Assembly: GCA_903882765.1 (NCBI GenBank)
Contig: CAIRYE010000026.1
Coordinates: 1-27,238 of the forward strand
DNA from: an uncultured Anaerolineae bacterium
GTDB taxonomy: Bacteria; Chloroflexota; Anaerolineae; Anaerolineales; Villigracilaceae
DNA: 27,238 nt
Direction: 5' to 3'
Shown here in pieces: positions 8,935-18,410 of the stretch. The notes beneath the pieces are model-generated. The model was given only the letters and a program-made list of their open reading frames with translations. It made no database searches and was not told the origin of the DNA. The first letter of the stretch is position 1. Each line of letters opens with the position of its first letter. Made by a program: the position numbers and the translations under genes.

Positions 8935-9303
8935 CTATTCATCCTCAACAATTTTTTTGATCAATGGAACCTTTTTACCAGTACCATATGGCCGCACCTG
9001 CTCAGATTGCATCGGAAACCAAAGAATATGGTCGGGAACCATCCAACCGTCGGTCAGAAATACGTTGGACCGAAATTGAACCGCGGCCATTTTATTGTTA
9101 TCGATTTGAACAATAATTCCTTTAAGCCAACCGCGCACTCGTTCTGTACCTTTTTCATGGTCACAAAAAGCATCGACAGCATCGCCCACTTCGTATTTCT
9201 GATCATTGCTGGGCGACCTCATGAAGGCATAGTCTTTTCCGCTGCCCCGAGTACTTTTTCGGGATACACCTGCGGCTTGCGTTGTTGGCTTAATTTGTTT
9301 CAT
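8935..9303 (-). CDS. Hypothetical protein, possible SH3/Tudor-like beta-barrel, inside the suf operon
   Basis: 122 aa; AGAGG SD 5 nt upstream; 18 nt after the sufD stop and 6 nt before the sufS start, co-directional. Confidence 0.85.
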   Translation of the reverse strand: MKQIKPTTQAAGVSRKSTRGSGKDYAFMRSPSNDQKYEVGDAVDAFCDHEKGTERVRGWLKGIIVQIDNNKMAAVQFRSNVFLTDGWMVPDHILWFPMQSEQVRPYGTGKKVPLIKKIVEDE

Positions 9304-9321
9304 ACAACCTCTTTTGAATTG

Positions 9322-10647
9322 TTATTTCGTCATTTTATTAATAATAGCTTCTTTAAAGCGATCTCGTACACCTTGAAATGGAATTCTCTGCATGATCGGG
9401 TCGAAAAATCCTTCAACGACCAATTTTTCAGCTTCCGCTTGTGGAATTCCACGAGACTTTAGGTAAAAGATAGGTTCAGCCTCTAATTTTCCAACGGTAG
9501 CGCCGTGGGTACATCGTACATCATCCGCAAGGATCTCTAACCCGGGAATCGAATCCGCCCGAGCATGCTCGCTGAGGATCAGGTTCCGATTTGCTTGGTA
9601 GCCATCACTTTGCTGTGCATCAGGAGCAACATAGATCATCCCTTGCCATACAGAACGGGAGTGATCTAACAAAGCTCCTTTGAACAGCAAGTCGCTGGTG
9701 GTTTTTCCGGCGAAATGGTTTTGTTGGGTATCGTGATCAATGTGCTGGTTATTGTCTGTGATATAAAAACCAGACATTCTCCCCGTTGCTCCCACGCCGA
9801 CCAGATCAATGTCGGAGAAGTTCTTCGTTAATCGTGAGCCAAGTGAACCAATGATCCAATCAAGATTAGCCCCTTCTTCTACTCGAGAACGTTCGTGCGA
9901 AAAATTCCACACATTTTTGCCCCAAGATTGTAATTCAACAAATCGTAATTGTGCACCTTTTGACAGGTTAATTTCAATATTATTCGAGGAAAGTATCTGA
10001 TCCTCTGACTCCTTTGGAGAGGCTGATTCGTGAACAAAGGTGAGGGAGGCGTTTTCTTCTAGGTACACCAAAATATTCGATATAAAGGCAAGCCCATTAC
10101 CACCCGCCCAGAAAATACTATGCAATGGCTTTTCTACCTTAACATTTTTTGGCACATAAATAAACACACCGGTTTGGGCTAATGAGGCAGATAAGGCGGC
10201 AAAAATACTTTCCTCTGGGTTGACCAAAGTCCCAAGAATTTTCTTGAGTTGGTCCGGATATTTGGTTTCGGCTGTTTTGATGTCGGTGAAAATAACACCG
10301 CTATTTTTTATATCTTCATCGAGGGCGATCGTGGTTGAAAAAGGCGTTGTGATAATTTGCCCGCCAAATTTGTCATCCACCATCGGCTCTAATATTTCCT
10401 TTGGAATTTGCGGCAAAGCAATTTCATCCAAAGTTGTGAATATTTTGAAAGAGTCTATTGGAAAACTTTTCAGATCAGTTCTGCGCCAAGCTTCTACAGA
10501 AGTATCTGGAAGAGTTGTTTTGTTGAGAACATCAAATGCCGTTTTCCTGACCTTGTTTTCTGCATTATTGAGAATTTGAGATTCAGAAAAATGGAAACTT
10601 TTGGGTCCCGTTTGGCGTATTGTTGGAGATAGTTTTAGGTTAGTCAT
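9322..10647 (-). CDS. sufD: Fe-S assembly protein SufD
   Basis: EAWRRTDL, beta-helix repeats, ADSIPGLEILADDVRCTHGATVG, FYLKSRGI; ATG one nt after the sufB stop. Confidence 0.95.
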   Translation of the reverse strand: MTNLKLSPTIRQTGPKSFHFSESQILNNAENKVRKTAFDVLNKTTLPDTSVEAWRRTDLKSFPIDSFKIFTTLDEIALPQIPKEILEPMVDDKFGGQIITTPFSTTIALDEDIKNSGVIFTDIKTAETKYPDQLKKILGTLVNPEESIFAALSASLAQTGVFIYVPKNVKVEKPLHSIFWAGGNGLAFISNILVYLEENASLTFVHESASPKESEDQILSSNNIEINLSKGAQLRFVELQSWGKNVWNFSHERSRVEEGANLDWIIGSLGSRLTKNFSDIDLVGVGATGRMSGFYITDNNQHIDHDTQQNHFAGKTTSDLLFKGALLDHSRSVWQGMIYVAPDAQQSDGYQANRNLILSEHARADSIPGLEILADDVRCTHGATVGKLEAEPIFYLKSRGIPQAEAEKLVVEGFFDPIMQRIPFQGVRDRFKEAIINKMTK

Positions 10648-10648
10648 A

Positions 10649-12058
10649 TTACCCGATCGATCCTTCCATCTGCAATTGGATCAGTCTGTTCATTTCAACC
10701 GCGTATTCCATCGGCAATTCCTTGACCAACGGCTCAATGAAACCTGAAACGACCATCGTGGTAGCTTCTTCTTGTGTCAAACCGCGGCTCATTAGGTAAA
10801 ACAGTTGTTCTTCACCCACTTTTGAAACCGAGGCTTCGTGGCCGATGGTTACATCCGTTTCGTCGATCTCAATATATGGATAGGTATCCGAACGGGATTT
10901 TGGATCTAACAAAAGCGCATCACAAACTACGCTAGATTTTGAATTTTTCGCGCCGTTGTACACCTTCAATAGTCCGCGGAAGGAAGATCGACCACCGCCC
11001 TTGGAAATGGACTTAGAGACAACTTTGCTTGAGGTGTTGGGGGCAAAATGGACCATTTTTGTGCCAGCATCCTGAACTTGGCCGGGACCAGCGAATGCCA
11101 TCGAAAGCATCTCGCCATGCGCGCCAGGTTCCATCAGGTAGCAGGATGGGTACTTCATCGTAACTTTCGACCCAAGATTCGCGTCAACCCACTCGTGGGT
11201 ACCGTTTTCATACACCATAGCGCGCTGGGTTACCAAGTTGTATACATTGGTAGACCAATTTTGTATGGTTGAATAACGTGAGCGAGCCCCTTTTTTAACA
11301 ATGATCTCGATCACACCGCTATGAAATGAGTTGGCGCTATAGGTTGGCGCGGTACACCCTTCAACATAATGGACATGCGCGCCTTCTTCTACAATGATCA
11401 TGGTTCGCTCAAACTGCCCAACATTTGGAGTATTTAAGCGGAAATAGGCTTGCAACGGCAGATCCACTTTTACCCCTTTAGGGACATAAACGAATGAGCC
11501 ACCAGACCAAACAGCGCTGTTTAATGCCGCGAATTTATTATCTTCAATAGGTACGACTTTCCCAAAATATTCCCTGAACAAATCAGGGTATTTTTTTAAT
11601 CCATCTTCGATCGACAAGAAGATGACACCTTGTTTTTCAAGATGCTCCAAAACGGAGTGATACACCATCTCCGATTCATATTGCGCCCCTACACCAGCCA
11701 GGAATTTTCGCTCGGCTTCGGGTACGCCTAACCGATCAAAGGTCTTTTTAATATCATCGGGAACATCATCCCAAGACCGTTCACTTTTTTCGGTGGGCTT
11801 AACATAATAATAAATTTCGTCAAAATTAAGCTCTTCAAGTGTTGGGCCCCATTTTGGCATTGGCCTCGAAAGATAATGCTTCAAGGCTTTTAACCGAAAC
11901 TCTAACATCCATTCCGGTTCCTGCTTCATTCGGGAAATGTTACGTACTACTTCTTCGCTTAAACCGCGTTGTGATTTGAACACATAGTTATCATCTCGGT
12001 CATAAAAACCGTATTTGTATTCGCCCAGATCTTCTAAAATTTTCTCGTCTTCACTCAT
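10649..12058 (-). CDS. sufB: Fe-S assembly scaffold SufB
   Basis: [49 protein letters not shown]; ATG at 12058 preferred (ORF open to TTG 12073). Confidence 0.97.
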   Translation of the reverse strand: MSEDEKILEDLGEYKYGFYDRDDNYVFKSQRGLSEEVVRNISRMKQEPEWMLEFRLKALKHYLSRPMPKWGPTLEELNFDEIYYYVKPTEKSERSWDDVPDDIKKTFDRLGVPEAERKFLAGVGAQYESEMVYHSVLEHLEKQGVIFLSIEDGLKKYPDLFREYFGKVVPIEDNKFAALNSAVWSGGSFVYVPKGVKVDLPLQAYFRLNTPNVGQFERTMIIVEEGAHVHYVEGCTAPTYSANSFHSGVIEIIVKKGARSRYSTIQNWSTNVYNLVTQRAMVYENGTHEWVDANLGSKVTMKYPSCYLMEPGAHGEMLSMAFAGPGQVQDAGTKMVHFAPNTSSKVVSKSISKGGGRSSFRGLLKVYNGAKNSKSSVVCDALLLDPKSRSDTYPYIEIDETDVTIGHEASVSKVGEEQLFYLMSRGLTQEEATTMVVSGFIEPLVKELPMEYAVEMNRLIQLQMEGSIG

Positions 12059-12085
12059 AATTGTTTGATCCAATAAGTAGGTAGA

Positions 12086-12856
12086 TTATGCAACTTCTTC
12101 ATATTTTTCACGAACCCAGTCATAACCCATCTCTTCAAGACGAAGAGCGAGATCAGGTCCACCGCTCTCAACGATAATTCCGTTCATCATAATATGAACA
12201 AATTGAGGCTTAATATAATTGAGGAGCCTTTGGTAATGGGTGATCACTAAAACACCAAGATCAGGACCATTTAGAGCGTTAACGCCCTCTGAAACGATTC
12301 GCAGAGCATCAATATCCAAGCCTGAATCTGTTTCATCGAGGATGGCGATCTCAGGTTTCAACGTTGCCATCTGTAAAATTTCAGCGCGCTTTTTCTCTCC
12401 GCCCGAAAAACCGTCGTTCAAATACCGGCCGGCAAATGCTGGGTCCATCTTTAACAGAGCCATTTTTTCTTTGAGCATGGTCCTAAAATCAGGGATTGAA
12501 ATTCCTTTATCCTCGGGATTGGCGGCTCTTCTGCGTGAATTGATAGCGGTACGAAGGAAGTTCGCCACGGTTACACCTGGAATGGATACCGGGTACTGAA
12601 ACGCGAGGAAAATTCCTGCTCTTGAGCGTTCGTCTGCTTCAAGATCAAGAATGTTCTTGCCTTTAAAGATGATCTCTCCACCAGTTACGGTGTAACCGGG
12701 ATGTCCCATAAGGGTGTACGCTAATGTGGATTTGCCTGTTCCGTTCGGCCCCATGATTGCGTGCACTTCCCCTTGATTTATGGTTAAATTTAATCCTTTT
12801 AGGATCTCTTTACCTTCAACACTAACCTTGAGATTTTTTATTTCCAAAGCTGACAT
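12086..12856 (-). CDS. sufC: Fe-S assembly ABC ATPase SufC
   Basis: GPNGTGKST Walker [37 protein letters not shown]; GGAG SD 7 nt upstream. Confidence 0.97.
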   Translation of the reverse strand: MSALEIKNLKVSVEGKEILKGLNLTINQGEVHAIMGPNGTGKSTLAYTLMGHPGYTVTGGEIIFKGKNILDLEADERSRAGIFLAFQYPVSIPGVTVANFLRTAINSRRRAANPEDKGISIPDFRTMLKEKMALLKMDPAFAGRYLNDGFSGGEKKRAEILQMATLKPEIAILDETDSGLDIDALRIVSEGVNALNGPDLGVLVITHYQRLLNYIKPQFVHIMMNGIIVESGGPDLALRLEEMGYDWVREKYEEVA

Positions 12857-12861
12857 AATTA

Positions 12862-12913
12862 AACTCCAATTTGCGATTTTCAGTGATGTACGAGATTATA
12901 GCAAATCGGAGTT
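12862..12913. repeat. 13-bp inverted repeat with 26-nt spacer covering the sufC SD and promoter spacer
   Basis: AACTCCAATTTGC (12862-12874) and GCAAATCGGAGTT (12901-12913): 12/13 complementary, and the odd pair is G.U in the mRNA sense. Confidence 0.8.
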
Positions 12914-12923
12914 AATCTGTCAA
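12895..12923 (-). promoter_or_regulatory. Perfect consensus sigma70 promoter of the suf operon
   Basis: TTGACA (12923-12918), 17 nt, TATAAT (12900-12895) with TGn extension; AT-rich UP-like tract upstream. Confidence 0.9.
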
Positions 12924-12966
12924 TATTTATGAATTTTATCTTATAAATTATATATATTCAAAAAAA

Positions 12967-14427
12967 TTAAAGTTTTCGAACATCATGAGAGCCGCTCTCA
13001 CGGATTCCAGCGGGGGTAATTTCGATAAACTCAGCGTTTTCTTGTAATTTCTTAATATTTTCGGCACCACCATAGCTTAGCCCAGATCGTAACCCGCCAA
13101 CCAACTGATGTAGCACCTCACCAACATTTCCGCGATACGGTACCACTGCTTCGACGCCTTCAGGAACGACCTTCATCCAATCTTCCTGGTCTTCTGCGCT
13201 CTCATCATTGTTCGACTCCACCATTTTACGCCCCATGGTTGCCGCCAACGAGGCCATACCTCGAACGACCTTCACCTTTTGTCCATCGCGAATCACCGGT
13301 GACCCTGGGGCCTCTTCCGTACCCGCAAACATACTGCCGATCATAATGCTTTCAGCCCCCGCGGCTAAGGCTTTAACAAGATCCCCCGCTTTTTGGATGC
13401 CGCCATCCGCAATTAAAGGAATATCTATTCCGGTATCGCGAATTCCCTCCGCGCTATCCATGATAGCTGTTAGTTGTGGAACGCCAAAACCAGTCACAAT
13501 TCGGGTAGTGCAGATCGACCCTGGGCCGATCCCCACCTTAATGGCGTTAGCGCCGGCAAGAGTAAGATCGCGCGCCCCTTCCCTCGATGCTACATTTCCA
13601 GCGATGATCTGCGCGTTCGGATGATTTGCTCTAAGGGTTCGTACCATATCGACGCAGTGGTCGGCGTGTCCATGAGCGATATCCAAAACCAACACGTCAA
13701 CACCCGCTTCTAACAGTGCTTCTGCGCGAGCGATCTCGCCTTTGCTTACTCCAATCGCCGCACCTACGCGCAATCTACCCTTTTCATCCAAAGCGGCGTT
13801 GGGGTTTCGTACCGGTTTTAGTACATCTTGCGCTGTAACCAATCCGCGAACTGTTCCATCGGGATTTAGAACCGGAATTTTTTCAATACGGTTTTCATAC
13901 AACAACCGCCTAGCCTCATCAACCGAGAAATTCGCTTGAAGTGTGACCAGCTTTTCCTTTTTGGTCATAACATCTTGAACAAGCAATTTCCCATTTGGCA
14001 CCAAATTAACATCCCGGGTGGTGATGATGCCGTTTACAAAACCGCCATCGTCTGTTACCACCAAACCGCCAACCTTATATTGTCGCATCAGCTCGATCGC
14101 TTTTTCAACGAGTTCGTTTGAATTAATACAATAGGGGTTTTCGACCATAACGCCTTGGGCACGCTTGACGAGTTTAATTTGTTTAACATGGTGCTCTATC
14201 GACATAAATCGATGGATAATGCCAATTCCGCCAGCGTTCGCCATGGCAATCGCCATCGAGGTTTCGGTTACAGTATCCATATTTGCGCTGAGAATCGGAA
14301 TGTTGATGCGAATTTTATCGGTTAAACGAGTGGAAGTATCCACTTGCTGCCTTGATGTAATGGATGATTTTTGCGGGATCAATAACACATCATCGAAGGT
14401 GAGCCCTTTATTTTCCCTGATTTTCAT
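12967..14427 (-). CDS. guaB: IMP dehydrogenase/GMP reductase family protein with CBS pair (pipelines would call it guaB; may be a GMP reductase, see findings)
   Basis: [15 protein letters not shown], two CBS motifs, [17 protein letters not shown] (C306), IADGG, PEGVE. Family assignment is secure; IMPDH versus GMPR is not. Confidence 0.85.
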   Translation of the reverse strand: MKIRENKGLTFDDVLLIPQKSSITSRQQVDTSTRLTDKIRINIPILSANMDTVTETSMAIAMANAGGIGIIHRFMSIEHHVKQIKLVKRAQGVMVENPYCINSNELVEKAIELMRQYKVGGLVVTDDGGFVNGIITTRDVNLVPNGKLLVQDVMTKKEKLVTLQANFSVDEARRLLYENRIEKIPVLNPDGTVRGLVTAQDVLKPVRNPNAALDEKGRLRVGAAIGVSKGEIARAEALLEAGVDVLVLDIAHGHADHCVDMVRTLRANHPNAQIIAGNVASREGARDLTLAGANAIKVGIGPGSICTTRIVTGFGVPQLTAIMDSAEGIRDTGIDIPLIADGGIQKAGDLVKALAAGAESIMIGSMFAGTEEAPGSPVIRDGQKVKVVRGMASLAATMGRKMVESNNDESAEDQEDWMKVVPEGVEAVVPYRGNVGEVLHQLVGGLRSGLSYGGAENIKKLQENAEFIEITPAGIRESGSHDVRKL

Positions 14428-14444
14428 ATTTTCTCTCTCTTTTC

Positions 14445-15467
14445 CTATTCTTGCATCTTTTTGAGTGCAAAGATAAATCCAATTGTTAGAAGTATTGCCG
14501 CCATGCTAATTGAAATGAAAATGATAATATCGGATGTTTTCATACTGTTTAAACCCGCGCCTGTTTCTAAGTTACCAATTTTTTGGTCGTTCTGTGGAGT
14601 TGACAAAACAGGGACACTCGTAGCGGTTGCTGGGCTCGCTGTTTGGGACGGGTAAGGTGTTAGCGTTGATAATTCAGGAGTGGCGGTTGGTTTAAGAACC
14701 ACTGGGATGAGTAATTTTTGGCCCGGATATATGTTCATTTCAAAAATGGTTGGGTTATAAGCTTTAATTTGGTCGATCTTCGTTCCATACGATACAGCGA
14801 TCAACCAAAGCGTTTCTCCTTCACGAACTTCATGAAATGTTTTTCCATTCGATTCGGGGGTATTCGCGACCAATGTTTTAACAACCACCGGATTCGATGG
14901 TAGCAAGCTAATTTCAGCCTGCATTGAGGTAGGTATGACCTGAGGTTGGCCTGATTCTGTAGAACGTCCGCAGTCGATCACGTAGTAATAATAACCATCA
15001 ACCTGAACCACCCCAGCGCCGATTTCTGTAAGCGATGAGGAAAGCATTGTGTTTAGGTGGGGTGCATCTCCTTGCCACTCAAGAACAGCATCCGAAACTG
15101 CTTTATCGCTGCCAGCGGTAATATTCTCAGAAAATAAACCGCCCTGTGTGAGATCACCCGCAAGGGGGTATCCAGCGGCGATCGCTCTTTGATAAGGGCG
15201 AGATCCCCCAACACCGTAATGCGAAACACCACTAGCTGCCATAAACCCAGCGTGAGACTGGGCGATTCCCATTAGTATCGGATTCGTGGAATAAGCAGCC
15301 AAACCATTCGCGGCCCTAAGTTGGTTTACCGCCGCAATTAATGAATAAGGATCGCTATCGAGCATCGGCTTGGAAAACGAAAAAGCGCTTGGTTCCAAGG
15401 CGAATGCCGTGTTTGAACAAAGTAGGACTAGCAAAACAATCAGGTAAACGCGAGTGACATTCTTCAT
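14445..15467 (-). CDS. Secreted/membrane-anchored CAP (SCP) + LysM protein
   Basis: Signal peptide [23 protein letters not shown]; CAP motifs ([16 protein letters not shown]...H); Lys[18 protein letters not shown]...[10 protein letters not shown]; P/T/S-rich linker; C-terminal TM. ATG at 15467 preferred. Confidence 0.88.
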   Translation of the reverse strand: MKNVTRVYLIVLLVLLCSNTAFALEPSAFSFSKPMLDSDPYSLIAAVNQLRAANGLAAYSTNPILMGIAQSHAGFMAASGVSHYGVGGSRPYQRAIAAGYPLAGDLTQGGLFSENITAGSDKAVSDAVLEWQGDAPHLNTMLSSSLTEIGAGVVQVDGYYYYVIDCGRSTESGQPQVIPTSMQAEISLLPSNPVVVKTLVANTPESNGKTFHEVREGETLWLIAVSYGTKIDQIKAYNPTIFEMNIYPGQKLLIPVVLKPTATPELSTLTPYPSQTASPATATSVPVLSTPQNDQKIGNLETGAGLNSMKTSDIIIFISISMAAILLTIGFIFALKKMQE

Positions 15468-15536
15468 AATGATCATTATTAATTTTATCAACAAAATTAC
15501 TGATAAATTAACTCGCCTTTAGATTGCTTTTCACTT

Positions 15537-15542
15537 TATAAT
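15537..15542 (+). promoter_or_regulatory. Candidate -10 box for the acyl-CoA ligase/GNAT gene
   Basis: TATAAT 63 nt upstream of ATG 15606; no good -35. Confidence 0.4.
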
Positions 15543-15605
15543 CATTACTTAGTTCTAAATTTCACAAAAGATTATCATCAACGATATTGAAAGGATTTTC
15601 CCCCA

Positions 15606-18362
15606 ATGAACCCAGAAGAGAACATACCAACCAGCTATTCCAAATTTGACCCATCACATGATGTTTACCGATATCTCTCGAACCCACTTCAAAGCATTTT
15701 CGCTCCTCAAAATGTTGCTGTAATTGGCGCTACCGAAAAAGAAGGCAGTGTAGGCCGCACAATTTTGTGGAATTTGATCAGCAGCCCATTTGGCGGCGCT
15801 GTATTCCCCATCAATCCAAAACGCCCTAGCTTGCTTGGTATCAAAGCATATCCTAGCATCAAAGATGTTCCTGATCAGGTAGATCTCGCTGTGATCGTAA
15901 CCCCTTCGGCCAGTATCCCAGGAATCATTTCGGAGTGTGTGGAAGCCGGCGTAAAAGGAGCCATTGTTATTTCGGCTGGTTTCAAAGAAATTGGCGTTGT
16001 AGGTGTTGAACTTGAACGCCAGTTGTTAGAGAACGCCCGAAAAGGCAAGATGAGGATCATCGGACCAAACTGTTTGGGGGTAATGAACCCAGTGAGCGGC
16101 CTCAACGCCACTTTTGCGGCAGGTATGGCCCGTAAAGGCAATGTTGCCTTTATTAGCCAATCTGGCGCTCTTTGCACCGCCGTTTTAGATTGGTCCTTCA
16201 AAGAAAATGTTGGCTTTTCTGCTTTTGTATCCGTTGGTTCGATGTTGGATGTAGACTGGGGTGACCTGATCTATTATCTTGGCGATGACCCGCATACCGA
16301 AAGCATCGTGATCTATATGGAATCGATCGGAGACGCCCGTTCATTTCTATCAGCCGCTCGCGAAGTTGCGCTCAGCAAACCAATCATTGTTATTAAACCT
16401 GGTAGAACCGAAGGCGCTGCCCGTGCCGCCGCATCACACACCGGCTCATTAACTGGTTCCGATGAAGTGCTAGATGCTGCCTTCAAACGAGCCGGTGTTC
16501 TACGAGTTGAAAGCATCAGCGAAATATTCTCGATGGCGGAAGTGCTTGGCCGTCAACCTCGACCAAAGGGACCAAGACTAACCATCCTTACCAATGCGGG
16601 TGGTCCTGGCGTATTAGCGACAGATACCTTAATAACCAATGGAGGTGAGTTGGCGGAAGTGTCCCCAGAAACGATCGCCAAGCTGAATGAGATCTTGCCC
16701 TTCTCTTGGAGCCATAACAACCCGATCGATATCATTGGTGACGCGGACCCCCAACGGTATGCCAAATCGCTTGAAATTGCCGCTTCAGACCCGAACAGCG
16801 ATGGATTGCTTGTTATCCTTACCCCACAAGCAATGACAGACCCAACCGCCACGGCAGAAGCGCTTAAGTCTTACGCGAAAAGTTACGAAAAACCTATCCT
16901 CGCTTCTTGGTCTGGTGGTAAAGAAGTTGCCGCCGGAGAAGCTATTTTGAACAAAGCTGGAATTCCAACGTTTGAGTATCCTGATGATGCCGCGAAAGCA
17001 TTCACCTATATGTGGCAATCATCGTTCAATCTCAAGACCCTCTACGAAACTCCGAGCTACACCGAAGACGCAAACCATACTCCCGATAGAGACCTGGCGG
17101 CAAAGATCATTGACGATGTACGAAAATCAGGCCGAGACCTGCTAACCGAAGCTGAATCCAAGGATCTACTGAAGGCCTATGGTATTCCCACCACGGCAAT
17201 GTACATCGCCGCCACCGAAAAGGATGCCTGCGATAAATCTGAATTGTGCGGTTTCCCGGTCGTGCTCAAGCTCCATTCCGAAACGATCACCCACAAAACC
17301 GATGTTGGCGGCGTGAAATTAAATATTACCAATTGTGAGGAAGCCAAAAAAGCGTTCAATGAGATCAAAGAATCAGTTACCCGATTGAAGGGCGCGGAAC
17401 ACTTCCAAGGCGTTACTGTTCAGCCAATGATCAAATTAGAGGGTTACGAGTTGATCGTTGGCTCTTCTATTGATCCACAATTTGGTCCAGTGCTTTTATT
17501 TGGTACCGGAGGGCAGTTAGTAGAAGTCTTCAAGGACAGATCTCTTGGGCTTCCTCCGCTAAACACAACCTTGGCAAAGAGAATGATCGAACGTACCAAG
17601 ATCGCCAAAGCGCTCGCGGGTGTTCGTGGCCGCAAACCGGTTGATATGGATGAATTAGAGAAATTACTTGTTCGTTTTAGCCAATTGGTCGTTGAGCAAA
17701 GATGGATAAAAGAGATCGATATCAACCCATTGATCGCCTCACCGGATGGTTTATTAGCCCTCGATGGTCGAGTTGTCCTCTATGGATTAGATACAAAAGA
17801 AACCGATCTACCAAAACTCGCGATTCGACCTTACCCCAACCGCTATGTTGGCGAATGGAAAATGAAGAACGGTTCTGATGTAATGATCCGCCCCATCCGC
17901 GCCGAAGACGAGCAACTGATGATCAATTTCCACAAACACCTCTCGGATCGATCCGTGTATTTACGGTATCTGTCTCCGATGGTGCTTAGCGATCGAGTAA
18001 CCCATGAACGGTTGGCAAGAGTTTGCCATTGTGATTATGCTCGTGAGATCGCTCTTGTGGTGGAGACGGATATAGATGGCCAGAACAACATTATCGCGGT
18101 AGGTAGAATTAGCAAGCTAAAAGGGGAAGACGAAGAAGCCCGTATCAGCTTGCTGGTCAACGACAAATACCAAGGCCAAGGGATTGGTCTCGAACTAGTC
18201 AATCGGCTGATCAAAGCGGCGAGGCACGAAAAGATCAAGCGTATCATTTCGATCATGTCACAAGAGAATTCATCCATGCAGAGGCTTTGCCGGCGCGCTG
18301 GATTCTCATCGATCACCACAAATTCAAAAACAGGGATGATCGAAGCGTCATTATCGCTCTAA
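15606..18362 (+). CDS. ADP-forming acyl-CoA ligase (alpha-beta fusion) with C-terminal GNAT domain (Pat/PatZ-like architecture)
   Basis: CoA-binding VAVIGA, GPNCLG, SQSGAL, ASHTGSL (H278), [25 protein letters not shown] (H563), EIDINPL, GNAT IRPI and QGQGIG. Confidence 0.93.
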   Translation: MNPEENIPTSYSKFDPSHDVYRYLSNPLQSIFAPQNVAVIGATEKEGSVGRTILWNLISSPFGGAVFPINPKRPSLLGIKAYPSIKDVPDQVDLAVIVTPSASIPGIISECVEAGVKGAIVISAGFKEIGVVGVELERQLLENARKGKMRIIGPNCLGVMNPVSGLNATFAAGMARKGNVAFISQSGALCTAVLDWSFKENVGFSAFVSVGSMLDVDWGDLIYYLGDDPHTESIVIYMESIGDARSFLSAAREVALSKPIIVIKPGRTEGAARAAASHTGSLTGSDEVLDAAFKRAGVLRVESISEIFSMAEVLGRQPRPKGPRLTILTNAGGPGVLATDTLITNGGELAEVSPETIAKLNEILPFSWSHNNPIDIIGDADPQRYAKSLEIAASDPNSDGLLVILTPQAMTDPTATAEALKSYAKSYEKPILASWSGGKEVAAGEAILNKAGIPTFEYPDDAAKAFTYMWQSSFNLKTLYETPSYTEDANHTPDRDLAAKIIDDVRKSGRDLLTEAESKDLLKAYGIPTTAMYIAATEKDACDKSELCGFPVVLKLHSETITHKTDVGGVKLNITNCEEAKKAFNEIKESVTRLKGAEHFQGVTVQPMIKLEGYELIVGSSIDPQFGPVLLFGTGGQLVEVFKDRSLGLPPLNTTLAKRMIERTKIAKALAGVRGRKPVDMDELEKLLVRFSQLVVEQRWIKEIDINPLIASPDGLLALDGRVVLYGLDTKETDLPKLAIRPYPNRYVGEWKMKNGSDVMIRPIRAEDEQLMINFHKHLSDRSVYLRYLSPMVLSDRVTHERLARVCHCDYAREIALVVETDIDGQNNIIAVGRISKLKGEDEEARISLLVNDKYQGQGIGLELVNRLIKAARHEKIKRIISIMSQENSSMQRLCRRAGFSSITTNSKTGMIEASLSL

Positions 18363-18369
18363 CTAAGCT

Positions 18370-18406
18370 AAAATACGGTAGGGTTAAAACCCTACCGTAT
18401 TTTTTT
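18370..18406 (+). terminator. Intrinsic terminator after the acyl-CoA ligase/GNAT gene
   Basis: AAAATACGGTAGGGTT / AACCCTACCGTATTTT long perfect stem running into a T8 tract. Confidence 0.88.
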
Positions 18407-18410
18407 AATT

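Noticed and set aside
9007-9462. 151-aa plus-strand ORF opposite orf122/sufD
   Set aside because: It is antisense to a tightly packed operon, has no SD or recognisable motif, and overlaps sufD; the minus-strand 122-aa ORF fits the operon spacing.
10649-12058. Intein in SufB (a known intein host)
   Set aside because: Normal length, continuous motifs, no splicing-junction residues or endonuclease insert.
14428-14444. Purine riboswitch before the IMPDH/GMPR gene
   Set aside because: The intergenic gap is only 17 nt.
14445-14600. Sortase signal in the CAP-LysM protein (NLETGAG before the TM helix)
   Set aside because: It lacks the Pro of LPxTG; a simple C-terminal membrane anchor explains it.
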